A DNA stretch of 64,000 nt. Source: Candidatus Multivorans thiocomprendens (GTDB lineage Bacteria; Acidobacteriota; Thermoanaerobaculia; Multivoradales; Multivoraceae). Position numbers and translations under genes: made by a program. The notes beneath the pieces are model-generated. The model searched no databases. It had not been told where the DNA came from and saw only the letters and a program-made list of their open reading frames with translations. The number at the start of each line of letters is the position of its first letter. The stretch's first letter is position 1. Positions 62,740 to 64,000 of the stretch are shown in pieces. The stretch is from positions 2,853 through 66,852 of the forward strand of contig JAPVWO010000087.1 of the NCBI GenBank assembly GCA_027493375.1, in the 5' to 3' direction.

Positions 62740-64000
62740 GTGGCGCGGAACCGCGCGGCCCGGGTTGCGGGCCTGGTTCTGGCTATCGCGTCTGCCTGTT
62801 CGGCGCCGCCCGACTCCGGTGTGGCGCCGGCGGAAGCGCCGGGAGCCGGCCCGGAGGCCACGCCCGCCGTCCGCTTCGTCGACGTGACAGCCGAGAGCGG
62901 CATCGACCAGGTCCTGCCGAGCGGCACGGACTCGACCTACCCGATGCCGGCGGTGATGGGCGGCGGCCTGGCCGTGTTCGACGCGGACGGCGACGGCGAC
63001 CTCGACCTCTACGTCGTCGCCCCGGCGGCCGGCGGCAACCGCTTCTACGTCCAGCAGGAAGACGGCCACTTCACGGACGCAACCACGGCCGCCGGACTGG
63101 AAGGAGACGGCATGGGCTGCGCCGTCGGCGACCTGGACAACGACGGCGACCTCGACCTCTACGTGACCCGGGTCGGCCCGGACCGCCTTTTCCTCAACGA
63201 CGGCAAGGGCGTGTTCGCCGACCGTTCGGCGGCCTGGGACGCGGCTGTTCCCGGTTGGTCGTCCTCCGCCGCTCTGCTCGACTACGACCGGGACGGCTAT
63301 CTCGACCTCTACGTCGCCCGCTACGTCGCCTTCGACCCGGCGCGCGTCTGCTCTCAGCACGGCGGGCGGCGGGACTTCTGCGGTCCGACCGAGTTCGAGG
63401 GCCTGAGCGACATCCTGCTCCACAACCTGGGCGGGAACGGGTTCGAGAACGTGAGCGCCGTCGCCGGCATCAACGCCGTGGAAGACGCCGGCCTGGGCGT
63501 CGTCGCCGCCGACTTCGACCACGACGGCGAGGTCGACATCTACGTCGCGAACGACGCCGACCCGAACAACCTCTGGATCCACCAGGGCAGCGGGCGCTTC
63601 CTCGACGACGGCGTCCTGCAGGGCGCGGCGTTCAACCGCTGGGGCAACAGCGAGGCGGGAATGGGCATCGCCGCCGGCGATGCCGACCTCGACCTGGACC
63701 TCGACCTGTTCGTGACCCACCTGATCACCGAGACGAACACCTACTACCGCAACCTCATGCTGCCCGGCTTCGAGGACGCGACGATCGACACCGAACTCGG
63801 CGCGGCGAGCCTCGATCTGACCGGCTTCGGCGCCGCCTTCTTCGACGCCGACAACGACGGCGACCTCGACCTCGCGGTGGCGAACGGAGCGGTCAAGCGG
63901 CGGCCGTCGGCGCTAGCTACGCCCGGTGGCGTCGACGCTCCTCCCGCGTTCTGGTCCGAGTACGCCGAACCGAACCTTCTCCTGGTCAACGACGAAGGCC
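62740..64000 (+). CDS. CRTAC1/ASPIC-UnbV-type FG-GAP (VCBS) repeat lipoprotein, partial (runs off the right edge)
   Basis: Absent from the ORF track (no stop in window). My translation from the GTG at 62740 gives MARNRAARVAGLVLAIASAC (lipobox) then VRFVDVTAESGID...GGGLAVFDADGDGDLDLYVV with recurring DxDGDLDLYV FG-GAP calcium-binding repeats. An alternative GTG lies at 62695. Confidence 0.75.
   Translation, partial: MARNRAARVAGLVLAIASACSAPPDSGVAPAEAPGAGPEATPAVRFVDVTAESGIDQVLPSGTDSTYPMPAVMGGGLAVFDADGDGDLDLYVVAPAAGGNRFYVQQEDGHFTDATTAAGLEGDGMGCAVGDLDNDGDLDLYVTRVGPDRLFLNDGKGVFADRSAAWDAAVPGWSSSAALLDYDRDGYLDLYVARYVAFDPARVCSQHGGRRDFCGPTEFEGLSDILLHNLGGNGFENVSAVAGINAVEDAGLGVVAADFDHDGEVDIYVANDADPNNLWIHQGSGRFLDDGVLQGAAFNRWGNSEAGMGIAAGDADLDLDLDLFVTHLITETNTYYRNLMLPGFEDATIDTELGAASLDLTGFGAAFFDADNDGDLDLAVANGAVKRRPSALATPGGVDAPPAFWSEYAEPNLLLVNDEG

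Noticed and set aside
62985-63900. Periodic near-identical stretches (gacggcgacctcgacctctacgt...) every ~150 nt, superficially array-like
   Set aside because: They are in frame within one CDS and encode the DxDGDLDLYV calcium-binding loops of FG-GAP/VCBS repeats. This is not a CRISPR or non-coding tandem array.
1-64000. Search for CRISPR arrays, tRNA/rRNA genes, integrases, transposases, reverse transcriptase
   Set aside because: None recognised by eye in any frame or intergenic region. I therefore do not call the 14.3-32.2 kb block a mobile element, only an accessory/defence island. A proper tRNAscan/Infernal/ISfinder run is still needed.

Overview
A 64-kb high-GC bacterial chromosomal segment; hand-sampled 60-nt lines are mostly 65-75% G+C. 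It is densely coding on both strands, with many 4-nt start/stop overlaps (ATGA/GTGA/TTGA). Gene content includes a VWFA-related protein, a class III PHA synthase cluster, a CRTAC1/FG-GAP lipoprotein and many Sec/Tat-exported enzymes. This weakly suggests an Acidobacteriota-like environmental bacterium. Most of the window is ordinary metabolism and transport: modA, GGT, crotonase, sulfatase, thiolase, peptide SBP, BCCT transporter, acyl-CoA ligase, phaR/phasin/phaE/phaC, ugd/uxs, LLM oxidoreductase, NUDIX, two family-III CoA transferases, ctaA/ctaB, map, a TonB receptor and a penicillin acylase. The exception is an accessory block at about 14.3-32.2 kb. It starts with an intact MazEF-like TA pair and a decayed Phd/VapC remnant. 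A 15.3-kb, ten-gene co-directional, translationally coupled defence operon (15727-31022) follows. In it, a DUF499 ATPase / DUF1156 methylase / PLD-SNF2 helicase RM-like module is split by two other modules: a DUF262 - DUF3696 ATPase - orphan-protein triad and a Septu-like PtuA/PtuB pair. A lower-GC orphan gene (31136-32209) closes the block. A separate stand-alone ABC-ATPase/Toprim-like fusion (OLD- or fused-PARIS-like) lies at 9209-10933. I found no integrase, transposase, tRNA, rRNA or CRISPR array. Non-coding structure includes a ~175-bp MITE-like inverted-repeat family with three copies, two of which bracket the sulfatase gene in inverted orientation. There is also a ~60-bp double-hairpin REP-like repeat, a candidate PhaR operator and a duplicated map 3' end. 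Two clear frameshifts (ctaB and a Phd antitoxin, both at homopolymer-like runs) and one possible frameshift mean assembly indel errors must be excluded before calling pseudogenes. All domain calls come from motif recognition by eye on the supplied translations. No database search was run.
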